Positions 46,977 to 60,071 of a DNA stretch of 64,000 nucleotides are shown here, in pieces. A program made the position numbers and the translations under genes. This stretch comes from the human T2T-CHM13v2.0 reference genome, Homo sapiens. Within the stretch, counting starts at the first letter, position 1, and every line of letters starts with the position of its first letter. Location: the NCBI RefSeq assembly GCF_009914755.1, contig NC_060935.1; one strand, 5' to 3'. The notes beneath the pieces are model-generated. The model did not search any database. It was not told the DNA's origin and worked only from the letters and a program-made list of their open reading frames with translations.

Positions 46977-48736
46977 GGCTGTGTGGCTGTGTGTTGGCCA
47001 TGCAAGGCTTCTCCACCTGCCTGCTGGTGCTCTCCCACCCCTATTGCTACAGCTATGGCTATGGCGACAATGGTAATTGCTCCTTCCCTGTCCCTTTCAG
47101 CCTAGGGGAGGACTTAGTGCTCCGCTATGTATTGCTGCTTAGAGTGCTGACCCATGCATTGTCTCTTTCCCTTAACCCTGCACATCTTTATAAATACTTC
47201 CCTCATGAAACACTCCTCAATCATTTCAGTTGGGACGGTCTGTTTCTTCCTTGAACCTTTCCAGGCAGGCAAGGAAGAAAAATTTAGAAAAGTAAGCAAA
47301 ACAACAAAACCTGCTTCTACAGCATTTCACCTCTGCGAAGCAATGCCTGCATGTCCTCTAACTCCTTAAATGAATGTCAGAGGAAGCATTCTCTCCATGA
47401 GGATAGGTTCAGTGATTGGAAGAAAGGAGGTGATATGGGGAGACAAATCAGAAGCCGGGATCCCAGTTGAAGCTCAACACAGTCTGAGTTGGCAGCACTC
47501 AGTTTCCAGAAGGAAACATCATGTCTCTTGTCTTTTCCTGAAACAAGCTCATGATCCCCTGCTTGTAGCACCTAGGTGGAAACACAGAAACGATCTTATA
47601 GCAAAAGCCATAACTGACTATGGAAGAGGACAGTTCTTGGTACTTACCCTTATCTTTTTCTCTTTTGTCCAGAGGTGAAGACTTCCCTTGTGCTAAAGGT
47701 GGAGGGCCTTTCTGGGATTCAGTGACTTCAGAGGACTCTTCTGTGTTGCTTAATTCAGGAGATGCCTACAGGAGCTGGAGTCAAAGCTGGTGGTCAATCC
47801 AGGCTTATGAAGATGCTGGACAGACTTGTTATTTCTTGTATGAGGACTATGGACAAATCAGCGGCCAGAGATATTGGAGACACAAACCCTACCTGAGATG
47901 ATTCTTGGCCTCTGTCCCATATCCAATATATATAAGCCTCTCCTATCACATTCCATCTTATTCAACTTGCTTGATAAAAACAGTGGCAAGGTTTGAGAGA
48001 ACTGACTTCCATTTTAAAAGAAGTTCTACTGTGTATAAAATGCTATCAAACAGCATTGCATGCTACATTAAAATCTTTCATAAAAGGATGAGTCAATCGA
48101 CGTGGCAAACTTCACTGTTGTCTTGTTTTAAGATATTGGCACAGCCTGTCTTACCTTCAGCAGCCACTTCAGTAGCCATCAATATCAAGCAAGACCCTCC
48201 AGCAGCAAAGCGTTTGGCTTGATAAAGGTTCTGATGATGGTTACCATTTCCTAGTAAAAAAGGATTTTTTAAGTAATGCATGTAGATTGCTTTAGACATA
48301 ATGTCATTGCGCACTCAATAGACTACAATATAGTATAAGCATAACTTTTACATGTACTGGGACACCAAAAATTCATGTGATTCACTTTACTGTAATATTT
48401 GCTGTATTACAGTGATGGAAGAAGACTTGCAATATCTTCAATGTATGCTTATTATGATAAAGGTTGTATATCAACGTAGTGTGTAAAACAGGCACTATTC
48501 AATGAATGCTATTAGGACAACTGAGTTGCCATGAGAAATAAAATAAAGGTGGAAACATACTTTATATATGATTTGAGGATAAATCCAAATACACTACTTA
48601 TAATTTTATAAAGAAAATACAATTACCTGGAGGAGCCATAGCCAAATAGTTTTTAAATCAAAGTGGAAAAAGACTTTCAATTATAGGATACAATTCAGAA
48701 GACATTAAATAAAATATTAAAAAAGACAAAAAGAAT

Positions 48737-49452
48737 GCCAGCTGATGGCCCACTTCTATAATCCCAGCACTTTGGGAGGCCGAGGTGAGTGGATTGCTTG
48801 AGCTCACAAGTTTGAGACCATCCTGGGCAACATGGTGAAAACCTGTCTCTACAAAAAATACAGAAACTAGCCAGGTGTGGTGGTGCATGTCTGTAGTCCC
48901 AGCTACTCGGGACATTGTGGTGGGAGGACGGCTTGAGCCCAGGCTGCAGAGGTCACAGTGAGCTGACATCACATCACTGCACTGGAGTGCAGTTGATAGC
49001 ACAAGTGTCACAAGACCAGACCTTTTCACAAGACAAACAAAACAACAACAACAACAACAACAAAAAATACCCAAAAAACCAAAAGCTATTTTTAGCATGA
49101 CACGAACCATCATAATCAAAATATAAATAAACTGTGGCCAGTCATGGTGGCACACCCCTGTAATCCCAGCACTTTGGAAGGCTGAGGTGGTCAGATCACC
49201 TGAGGACAGGAGTATGAAACCAACCTGGCCAACATGGTGAAACCTAGTCTCTACTAAAAATACAAAAATTAGCCGAGTGTGGTGGCGCATGCCTGTAATC
49301 CCAGCTACTCGAGAGGCTGAGCAAGAGAATGGATTGAACCTGTTAGGCGAAAGTTGCAGTAAGCTAAGATTGCGCCTCTCTGCACTCCAGCCTGGGTGAC
49401 AGAGCAAGACTCCATCCCAAAAGATAAATTAATAAATTAATAAAATTAAATA
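48737..49452 (+). mobile_element. Alu pair, unit 3; first tail has become (CAA)n
   Basis: Orthologous positions and flanks. (CAA)n at ~49040-49062. Confidence 0.88.
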
Positions 49453-50989
49453 AATAAACTGGGAGATTTTTTGGTAATGTATGTTATAGCCAAAGTATAA
49501 ATTTTCTCTATTGATAAAAATTTTCTAAAATGATATTAATAATTCAAAATCCAAAAAGCTAATAGGAAAATAACTTTAAGTCATGATTCACAATTTCTAG
49601 AAAATAAAAATGGCTCCTAAAGATATGGAAAGAGGAGAAATGCAACTCATAATAAAAGACATGCCAATTAAAATTAGAGAGTTACATTTTACTTACCAAA
49701 ATGTAAAAGGCCATAAAGTTTGATAGATTATCATGTGGGGATGGAGTGGGATCAGGTACCCTCCTCACTCATTTCTGCTGAGGATGCAGATGGATACAAC
49801 TTCCAGTGAAGGCTATTTTCAACATATGTAAGCAGGTATAAAGTATCATCCTTTTCTCTCTGTAATTCCTCATCTAGGAATTTATCTTAGAGATATATTT
49901 GTGCATGTTCAAAAGATCTATGTACTAAGTTAATGAATGCAGTGTTATTTACAGTAAAAGACTGGTGACAGCCAAAATGGCCATCAATACTGTATAAATT
50001 ATTGTCTATCTGTGCAGTAGAATACTCTGTAGCTGCACAGAAAGAGCAACAAACCTGATATAAAAGGCCCTCCAGAATTTGTTAGCTCTTTTAAAAAGTA
50101 TGCATGCCAATGTATATATTGTATGACAAAAAATATATATTGTTTTATTATTAAATATTTGTGAATTAATATAAACGTATTAATAAGTATAACAGGATAT
50201 GTCTTTGTTAACAAGGCAAAGATGCCTGAGGACCTCAAATGGGAATGACAGTTTTCAGCGCATGCATTTAAAGATTGTTTTTGAAAGCTTTGACTTTATT
50301 ACTATGTCACAAATAAATTTTCAAGCAAAAAACATAAATTTAATGATCTAGCTAAGAGAGGGAGATAGAGATATGAGAAGATATGAGGAAGGATGAAAAA
50401 ATGAAGACATGAGTGCAGAAAACTCTTTGGAAAAATTTTTTTTTCTAAAGGAAAGAGGACAAATCAGGCTGTGGATAGAGGGGAATGGGGGCTTGGATGG
50501 TGTTGTAAACAAGAATAAGATGGGATGTTTCAATTGCAGTGGAAGGATCCATTAGAGAAGGAAACATTGAAGATGCAGGAGGGAGAAGCAATAATGCTAT
50601 AAAATGTTTCTGGGGAGGCAAAAGGGGAAACTTCACAAATGGAAAGGGTGGTTTCAAACAGGAATTTGCAGAGCCCATTTCCTGGCATGAGAGAAAATGC
50701 AGAGAGATGCGCTCAGAGGCAGATGGGCAGGTAGGTTCCCTCTGGGGAGATTGAGTAATTCTCAGAAGAGCATCACCTGACAGAGATTTAAAAAAAATAA
50801 AAAGTAGGAGGTTTCAAGAGAGAGATGGCATGAAGATTTTCCTTTGGAGAGTGAGAGGCAATTACGGAAATGTTACATGACTGTTCAGGAGATATAAGTG
50901 AACATTTCAGGTTCAAGGTCATAAATGTACAGTGAAACCGCTGGGCATGGTTGTGTGTTGAGCTCCAGCCACACTCAGTTCTATGGGAA

Positions 50990-52056
50990 CAGGCATGAAG
51001 TTAGTGGAGAGCTGGATTCAACCAGGGCAAAAGACGAACAGATGCTTCAGCAAAGACATATATGCATGACAAATAAACACGTAAAAAGATGCTCAACATC
51101 ACTAATGTTTAGGGCAATAAATAAAAACTACAATGAGATACCATTCTACCCTCTTAATATAGCTAAAATATAAAATACTGATAGTTTCAAATACTGGCTG
51201 AGATTTGAAGGAATTGGAGGTCTCATACACTGCCAGTGAGAAAGCAAAATAGTATAGGTACTCTGGAAAATCCTTTTGCATTTTCATACAATCCAGCAAT
51301 TCAGCCATTAAATTTATCCAATAAACTGGAAAACTTTGTTCACTTAAGTATCTGTACATATATGTTTATAGTTGTTTTATTTATAAATGCCACAATAGAA
51401 GAAACAGCAATGTCCTTTCACTCATGATTAGTGAAACAAAGCATAGTACATCCATACAATGGAACACTACTCAGTAGTTCAAAAATGAATCAGCTATAAG
51501 GTATTTATACCTGCAAAAAGTTGGGTGGATCTTGAGGACATTATGCTGAATTTTAAAAAGTCAAGAGATTAGATACTGTATGATTCCATTTATGTAACAC
51601 TTTTGAAATGACAAAATTATAGAGATGAAGAATAGATCAGTGATTAGAGGGGTTTGGGAAGAAACATAATTTGGGTGTGACAGCAGGAGGAGCCCAAGGG
51701 AATTCTTCTGTGGTGAAGAAACACTTCTATATTCAATGTGATTGTGTTTATGAATCTACACCTGTGATGAAATATTGTGGAATGAAACGTAGAAGGAATA
51801 CCTCACTCCAAAAATAAGTGCATGCAAACACTGGTAAAATTTGATAACATCGTACTGTAGATATTTGGTGAAATCTCATAAGATTTGTAGTGTAGATAAT
51901 TAGATGGTACCAATGTCAATTTTCTGGTTTTGGTGCTACATTTACTTAACATGTCAGTATTGCTGTAGGTTGGGTGATGGGCATACAGGAAATCTCTGTA
52001 CTGTTTTAGTAACTTCTTCATAGTCTACAATTAATTCTGAATGAAAACTTAAAAAC
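50990..52056 (+). mobile_element. Old L1M-type 3' fragment, uninterrupted here; split by the younger L1 in units 1-2 (~6600-6930 + 13533-14235)
   Basis: AAAAGATGCTCAACATCACTAAT, TACATCCATACAATGGAACACTACTCAG and TGTATGATTCCATTTAT are typical of ancient L1 3' regions. Boundaries approximate. Confidence 0.65.
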
Positions 52057-55000
52057 AACTGAAATGCCTCTTCATTGTATGGACTATCTTTATGGATGTT
52101 GAAGTCACCAAGAATGAGAAAATTGGGTATGCTGGAAGGAAGCTTGCAAACCAGGCACATAGGCTAGAAGGTAATATAATTAGCATTCATACACCCAACA
52201 CAAAATTAAGCACATATTAAATTTTTATCATATTTGTTTCTAATAACTCTTAAAAATAAATACATACATTTTACAGATACAATTTAAGGCTGAATCTTAC
52301 ATCTTTACTCTCACCAATGATTACACATGTCTTTGATAAGAAGGCAAGGGCGCCTGCACACCTGGAATGGGAATGACAATTTTCTTCAACTTCAGAATGT
52401 CTGAGTTTGGTATGTATTATTCTGTCACATGTGTAGCAGCATGTTGAAACAGGAATATTAAATTTCAAGTCACTATAAATATTACATTACAAAAGAGTTG
52501 CAAAGTGACACAGAATTTGATTAGGAATTTTTGGACATCCATATCAAGGCTATGCAGAGTTTAGATTTGAATTTTTATGTGACAAATAAAATGTTGAATT
52601 TAATTCAAAGATTAACTATCTCCCCTACTCCCAATATGGGCCTTTTGCAGGTAAAAATGCTGCTCCTGAAAAGGGGCTGCATTCCATTGCTTCTCTCTTC
52701 TCCTCTAACCCCCACGTGTTTTATTATTATTATTATTATTATTTTAATTTTTTAATTTTTTAATCTATGCCTTCTGACCCTGGAGGGCTGGACATATCCC
52801 AGTGAGGAGGGTAAGGAGAGCATGGCATTGACTTTGTGGCATGTCCTGTTGGCCTGACTTGCCTGGCCCTCTCTGGACTTTACATTATTATAGAGTTCAC
52901 TCCTATGAATATCACAAAACTAACATCAAGCTCTATCACTTCAAGGTCACGAAAGATGATGCTCATTATTCAGAGCACTCCAGTCTTGTGATTCTATTTA
53001 AGAGGGATCTTGCCATCATGACCAAATACACAGGGTGACACAAGGAATAAAACTCTGGTGTGAATTATTCACCATTCCCTAAAAAAACTCTGTGCTTTTA
53101 TTAACAGAGCCACTGTAAATTATCTCTTCTGCCATTTCCATTAGTCCAGATCCTATTTACCAATCCTTGCCCAATACAAACATTTAAGTGACTGGCAAAA
53201 TCTACAGAGGGTACAATCATAATAATAATGCTGGGTCAATTGTAGTCATCAGTTAAAATTCTACCTATTACACAAAGCCTTCCATGATCCACTCACTGCT
53301 ACATACACACTCAGGAATGAGATCTGCTCTGTCTCTGCTCTCCTTCCTTGTGTTTTCATCCTGCAAGGTTTCAGAAAAATTTGGACCAATATGATGGGCA
53401 TGAGCATTGAGATTTCTTCTTCTATACTCTGCTGTAACTGCTAGATAACAGCAAACAAATGTCGTCTATATCTATAGCCAGCATTGATACATTGACACTA
53501 ATTGTGCCCAAATGATACCACACCGTCATACAGAACAAGCATCAGAGCAGTCTCTTTGGATTCTAGGTCGCTTCCACATAGGTGGGAAGAACATATGCTT
53601 ACTGGTCGCTGTGTAGTGACATGAATTTCTCAGGCAACCTGGATCACAACACTAGTAATCTTCAGTCCATGGTTATGGTAAAGTCACACTTTACCCACAT
53701 GTTCTGAAAAGAGATACCTGAGCACAAACGCACAAATGACTGGGGCAATCCCATAACCTCACTTCTGCTTAGTTTGCCTGGAATGAGCATGTGATCCACG
53801 TTGGCCATGCAGTCAGCTTGAGAATCCCAAATCCCTGAAACCAGGTCAGGTGTTCTTCCCATTCTAGCGCTTGCACATTCTTCTTCCCTCCATATCCTGG
53901 GATTTGTAGATGCTGAATTGGGTTTGCCTGGAGGCAAGGGCTTCTTCTGCAGGAATGCAAGGTAGTGGTAGTAGGTAGTTCTGCAATGCCTGTGACCTAA
54001 GCATCTGCAGGGTCTCTAGAAAATGCTTTCAGGAATTGTGCATTGGTGTGATGTTAGACTATAGACTGAGCGCTATTGTAAGATTTAGCCTATTAGTCTT
54101 GTAATGTCATCAATTATAGAACTGTTGCTGAGATTGTTGTCTTGCATGAGCAGTCACCTGGTGCACATTCATTCTCTCATTTGTTGGAATCATATTGTCC
54201 TGCTTCAGCTGGGTGCTTGGATGTGGCATTCCTCTTGAGGATGGCAGCAAGATAACTGGGAATTTTTAGACACCCTCTCCTCTGAGCACACTTAAGCCAC
54301 AAACACAACGCTTGGATAGCATGTGTCACATTGGGAGGCAGCCTTTCCTGCACTAGTGTCCTTCCTTCACAGGCTAGGAGCTCTGTGAATGTGGGTATGT
54401 TTACTTTGACTCCCAAGTGTCTAGCATGCAAGCTAGAGAATAAAAGATGCTCAGTATATATTTATACAACAAACAGTAGAAAAAGTGAGAGATATTGCTA
54501 TGTAAAGCCCACTTAATGATATATTCAGGAGTGTAAGTAGATAGATTAATTGAAAATATCTGTTAATCAGTATGCATAAAAAAGGATACATTTGTAACAT
54601 GAGTATTTCAATTTTACCTAGAATTAATTCACTACAATAGAACTAGGCTGTAGAACAATCCTTTGTGTAGGGTTCGGCATATAGAATTCTACTCTGTCTG
54701 AAAGCATATCTATCAATCATTGTCTATAATTTGCAGTGTGGATTAGTTTAAGTGTAGATCTTAGCATCAGATGCATAGCATTCTGTCTGAGGATATTGTT
54801 CAATATTGTTCATTTTTGTTTAATCTTGTAGAGTTGGCAGACTCACACCTAGTAAACTAACAATAATTTTGGAACCTGCTTTTATTGTCCATTTACACAT
54901 TCACATTAGTTTTTATGGAAACCACAATTCTTTCATATTCGTATTTCATTGACTTGTGCTGTATTTTGAAAAATTAGGTAATTATATTGACAAGCCTAAT

Positions 55001-57887
55001 TGGCAAAAGCAGGACAAGAAACAGATCCAGTTGGTTCTTGTGAGTGTGATGGCCCAGTGCCCTTGAGCCCAGGTGTACTAGAGCATCAGTGAATGGCCAC
55101 GAAGCCTCAGCATTTGCTCAGCATCCATCAGTATATTTTCTTCATGAAGTGGAAAGGATTGGTTATAGATACAGAATGTATTAGTGAGAGACTTATTTGA
55201 AAGGTGTTTGCTTTTATGTAGAATTAGCACAGTGCTTAGTGAATTATGTTTGAATGTTAGTTGAATTCATGCCTAAAATATAGTCATGAATGGCAGCTCC
55301 CAAAAAGTGCCATGAGAGATTTTCTTATCATTTCTCATTTTCTGGAGAACACTCCTGGATGTACTGCATGCTCTTCCTTGACATAGAACTGAGAGGAAAT
55401 GATATCATTGACCTTGGAAAGAAGGCAGCTCATGAGCAGACTCCTGCATCCCCTCTATTCTTCTTCCCAGAGGCAGTGAGCAGACCTGCAATAAAAGGGA
55501 ACAGCTGTTCTCAGAAAGACCAACTGCAGAGGACACTCTGTTAAGTGGAAAGTGCCTATAGGAGATCCAGTGAGACCTGGTGACTGAGCCAGCCTTTGCA
55601 AGATGCTGGACAACCCTGTGATTTTCAGGTGGGAGCTACTTGAGAAAAATATTTACCAAGCATCTTCTAAATTCCACACCTAGTCTGTTGCACTAGAAAT
55701 TCAAGGACATGTTCTTTGCGTCTTAAAGACTTCAGAATGCAGTTGAAGAGAAAGATGTGAGGAAAAGTATTTCAACTATGCTGTTATAAGTTTTATCGTA
55801 GAGCAATCTGTGAGGCCAAGTAAGTTCAGAATGGGCTTCATGGACTGAATCTAAGCTTCATGAAGTTGAAGTTTTCTTCTGCCAAAAGAAAAAGAATGTT
55901 TCTAACATCAAACCAAGCAATTCCCAGGTGAGGACCAACATTATTTGTTTCAATTGTCAGGTGAATATTCTCTACAAAATTCCTCATGTAGACAACATCT
56001 TAGGCCAAAACTGTACAGTTGATATCAGAGACTTCCAGAGTGGACTCTCCCAATAACCCTCAGTCTGAACTGACGACATGACATCAAAGCTCCTTGCCGG
56101 GAGCATTGGCTGCAAGCACTGGCTTCCTGTTTTCTCCGACCTGTAGGAAACCCTCACTAACAGCCATGTCCTACTACAGCATTTGGAAATTGAGGGTGGA
56201 CAGATAGGATTCAGCATCAATGGAGTCTGGGCCTGGAAAAGCAATGGATCTGGACTGAGGGGACCTGAGTTCAACATTGTTAACAGTGTGATAAGAGCCG
56301 CTAATAAATTTGGTTGGACAAATTGAAAACTATATACCTCTTTATTGTTTTCATAGCTACTTTACACTGTCTCCTGCATACTCAAATTGCATGTGTCAGC
56401 TCCCCTTAGTGAGGGTCAATCTGAGGGGCAGCCTCACTGTCTAAGAGCAGCACAGAGCCTACTGTGATGTCACATCTCTTGGTGGTCTCTTCTGTCTGCT
56501 TGAGTTATCTGTGGAAGGGATAATCACTGGTGGAGAATAGTTCTGAATTTTGTACTGATCCTGTGTTTATAATTAAATGTTTTTAATTGTAAAATTTACA
56601 TAACATACATTTTACAACTTCAACTATTTTAGTTGTAAAATTCTGTTTCATTAAGTATATTCCAATAAGTTGTAACCATTACCACTGTCCCCTTTAAGAA
56701 CTTTGCATTATTCCACACAGAAAGTCTTTGCTCATTAACTAATGGCTACACATTCCCTCCATCATCCAGCACCAGGCTCCTCCTAACTTATTTTCTGTGT
56801 TCACAAATTTCCTAGTTTCAATATCTCATAAAATTTGAACTTACAATATTGTTCTTTGGTTTGGCTTATTTTCCTTAGCACAATGTTTTCAGGTTCATCT
56901 ATGTCACAGCATGTATTAGAATTCTATACCAACTGTAAGTTATTATCCAGATACTATAATTGACATTAGCATGGAAAGGTCAGATATTTTCAGTTTTGCT
57001 TCTCACGTGAATGACCATAAAACTAACTGAAAGTTACAGCCAGAAAAATTTGTGCAAAACCTGGAAGTAAGAAGAATTCTCCTACAACTGAAAGAATCTG
57101 TAAGTGAATAATGATTTTTCAAGATAGTTTCCACTTTATAATCAATACTGCCATTTCCAATGGGCAAAATGGAACTGGTGGGGCATATTTACAGGCTCCT
57201 CACTGGTCTATTAGTCCAGGAAGAGCTAAATAAGAACTTACCAGTTCTCAAGGGGAAGCGGCCATGGTTGTCTTTACTAGAAATCAAGGCCAGTGTGTCA
57301 CCATGCTGTGGACAAATGACAGGAGAGGACTTTTCATAAAACCAATTTGTGAGAGTGTTTTTATGAAGAAAGAGTCTGTCTCTAAGGACATTATTTTGCT
57401 TTATATCTGAGAATTCAGTGGAATGTAGAGATAACAGAACTCACTTATTCAGAATCGAGCTCCCAACTTCAGTAATGCTTCCAGTCATAGAAGGGAATAT
57501 GGTTTCAGGGGAACATAGTCTGAGAGATCAATAAGGAAACTTCCTTTTTGATACAATCAGGTAGGAAACGTATAAAGATGAGTTTAGGGTTGTGGAGAGG
57601 AACTCCTTTTATTACAATGAAAATTGCAGAAAAAGTTTTCAGTGTAAGATAACAGGAAAAATGTGTTGGTAATATCAAGGAGAATCTAAACATTGTACTG
57701 TCAGACTAATGCTTTCTGTGGATGAAAACTGGAACTGTCAGTATAGATAAACATCTATTCGACGACCTTGAGTTACCGCTGAGACATTTCTGAGGCACAA
57801 CACTAAGAAAACGCATGTAATTGTCAAGCGTGGCAGGGCAGTATTGCTCTCAAAGTCCCGTCTGACTGACAGGGCAGAGGTTCTTCC

Positions 57888-58854
57888 TCACTGCCCGAAT
57901 CTGCTTCCCGACAGCTCCAGGGTTCCCTCAGGAAGCCGCCCTCCACCTTCACCTCAGGCATGTCCTGCAGAGCCCTCTGGAGAACCAGCTTCAGGTTCTG
58001 CCTATTTTGACGCTGCCTAAAGGAGCCCACGAAGAAGTAAATGACGGGGTTGGCACTACCGTTTAGAGGAGACAGGAAAATGGAAACTAGATGGACATGA
58101 CAGAAAATGACTTCCAAATCCAGGTGTATCCCAGTAGACAGAGCCCACCGAATGCCGAAGGGCAGGCTGCGGAGTAGGAAGACTAGCACTGTGAGCAGGA
58201 TCGTCACGTACAGCCCGGTCAGAGGCATCTTCCAGGATCCACAGAGAATCCTAATCAGCAGGACCAGGCTGGACCCACAGAGAACCACACATAAAAAAAT
58301 CAGCCACACGACTGTGATGAAATCTGATGGTTGACACCAAATAGAATCAGCATCACTAAACAGGAAGTCACAGAACATTCACTCCAGGATGCTCCGCAGT
58401 AGGGACAGGGCCCAAAGCAAGACACACACGACCGCTGACAGGTGTGTGGGGGGAGGAGGCAGCGGTACCAGATGGGCCACAGGACGCACAGGCAGCGCTC
58501 GGTGCTCATGGCACTCAGAAAGCTCAGGCCTGTAAAGTATAGAAAGGTCATCACAGGAATGAGGATTTTGGAGATGGGATGACAGATATTGATGAGGAGT
58601 GAGGCGGAACGTATAACGTGGCCGCTGAGGAAGAGGAAGTCTGCCGCAGCCAGGTTGAGGATGTAGATGGAGACGGCGTTCCTGCGCATGCGGAAGCCCA
58701 GGAGCCAGAGCACAACCGCGTTTCCTGTCAGCGTGACAAGGGAAATGATGCACGTCAGCCCCATGAGGCTCAGGGTCTGCTTGTAGCAAGGAGTCTCCTC
58801 AGTTCTGTTAATTGGTGTCAGTTCTGCATCCAAGGCTGGGTTGCTTGGATCCAC
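57888..58854 (-). pseudogene. MRGPRX pseudogene 2 (unprocessed)
   Basis: Full-length homology to MRGPRX1. Lesions: start ATG>GTG, +2 frameshift at ~58450, TGG>TGA at 58379, 4-nt deletion at ~57950. Confidence 0.93.
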
Positions 58855-60071
58855 GCTCAGAAACGGTAGTCTGGTGTCCCTGGGAACACAAACCAGATGT
58901 GATCACCAGCTGTTTGATCTCTGATTCTCCCCACTACCCTGCCATGTGGGATTTACTGTTCTCATTTTAAAGAGGAGAGAAACAGAGGCTCACAGAGAAT
59001 AAGTCACCTATCAAAAGGTGGGGGTCCTCAAATCCATTTGAAATCCAGTTCCTGCTGACTCTGAAGCCTGACCTCTCTTTATTGCCACACAAGTTCTGTA
59101 CTGACATGGGGATAACATTAGGATCAAAACACCCCCATTCAAGTGGCCAGGGCTGTGGACCCGATGATTACTCTATCCTGGGCCTGAAATTTCTCTCAGG
59201 TGGAGGAATTCAGATACACAAAGAGGTGGTTGTGACACCCTCATGACTAGGACTGGTCATCCATGGATAGGAAAGAAGACCATGCATTATGAAGCAGAGG
59301 AAAATGAGACCTTTGCTAGGATAAGTGTGGAAATGGCTGGGCCTGGTGGGTGAGAAATAACTCAGTGTGTCAGTTATTGCAGACAGGACTGCATTTTACA
59401 TTTTATACTCCCAGTGCCTATTTCCATGAGCAGCACACTGTGCTCTTCATAAATATTCATTCAATGAATGAATGCATGCATGAGGAGCCTAATGGTACTG
59501 GTAGATTTTGGTGAAATGGAAAATAAAGATGAAAGCACAATGTAAGGCATTAGAACACACATTTGTAATTATATGAAGAGAATTTCAACAATCAGAAATC
59601 TATTTGTGGACAGCTCTATCTGTGTTGAAAAGAATGATTGATGTGTGCCCAACACCAGAAAATGACCACTGATGAGCCTTTGACATGAGGTCTCAGTGTA
59701 GCTTTGCTGAACACCTAGAAGCATTTTTGTACACAGCGTTTGTGTAGGGTGTGGGTCTGAGCTGAACTGTTAAGCAGTAGAGCAGAGGAAAGAGTAAGTG
59801 TGGGTGAGCCTGAGTGCAACTGAAGGAAGTAACTGAAGTGTTGGAATATCTATGGGGGACTAATAAGTGTTCTGCTCCGTATACAAAATGTAACCCAATT
59901 TCTGTCTCTCTTTCAGTAGATCTGTGGTTTATTTCTCTGTTGATGAAAATATTTGTATTAGCAGAGTCAATGAGGGAAATAGGGCTAGTATAGGGCTTGG
60001 AGTATAAAGAGAGAGATTCATGCAGATTTCAGCTGGAGAATGAGGACTGGGTCTAATCTGGGAGAATAACA

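Larger units (their letters stand above)
44385..60071 (+). repeat. Tandem duplication unit 3 (~15.7 kb, lacks the full-length L1)
   Basis: Same order of MER2, MST LTR, exon 1, Tigger1, Alu pair, flank and receptor copy. The size difference from unit 2 equals the L1 length. Confidence 0.9.

Noticed and set aside
48658-49407. 249-aa minus-strand ORF, and ORFs at 4327-5068 and 26477-27218
   Set aside because: Antisense Alu read-through with typical Alu-derived peptides. Not genes.
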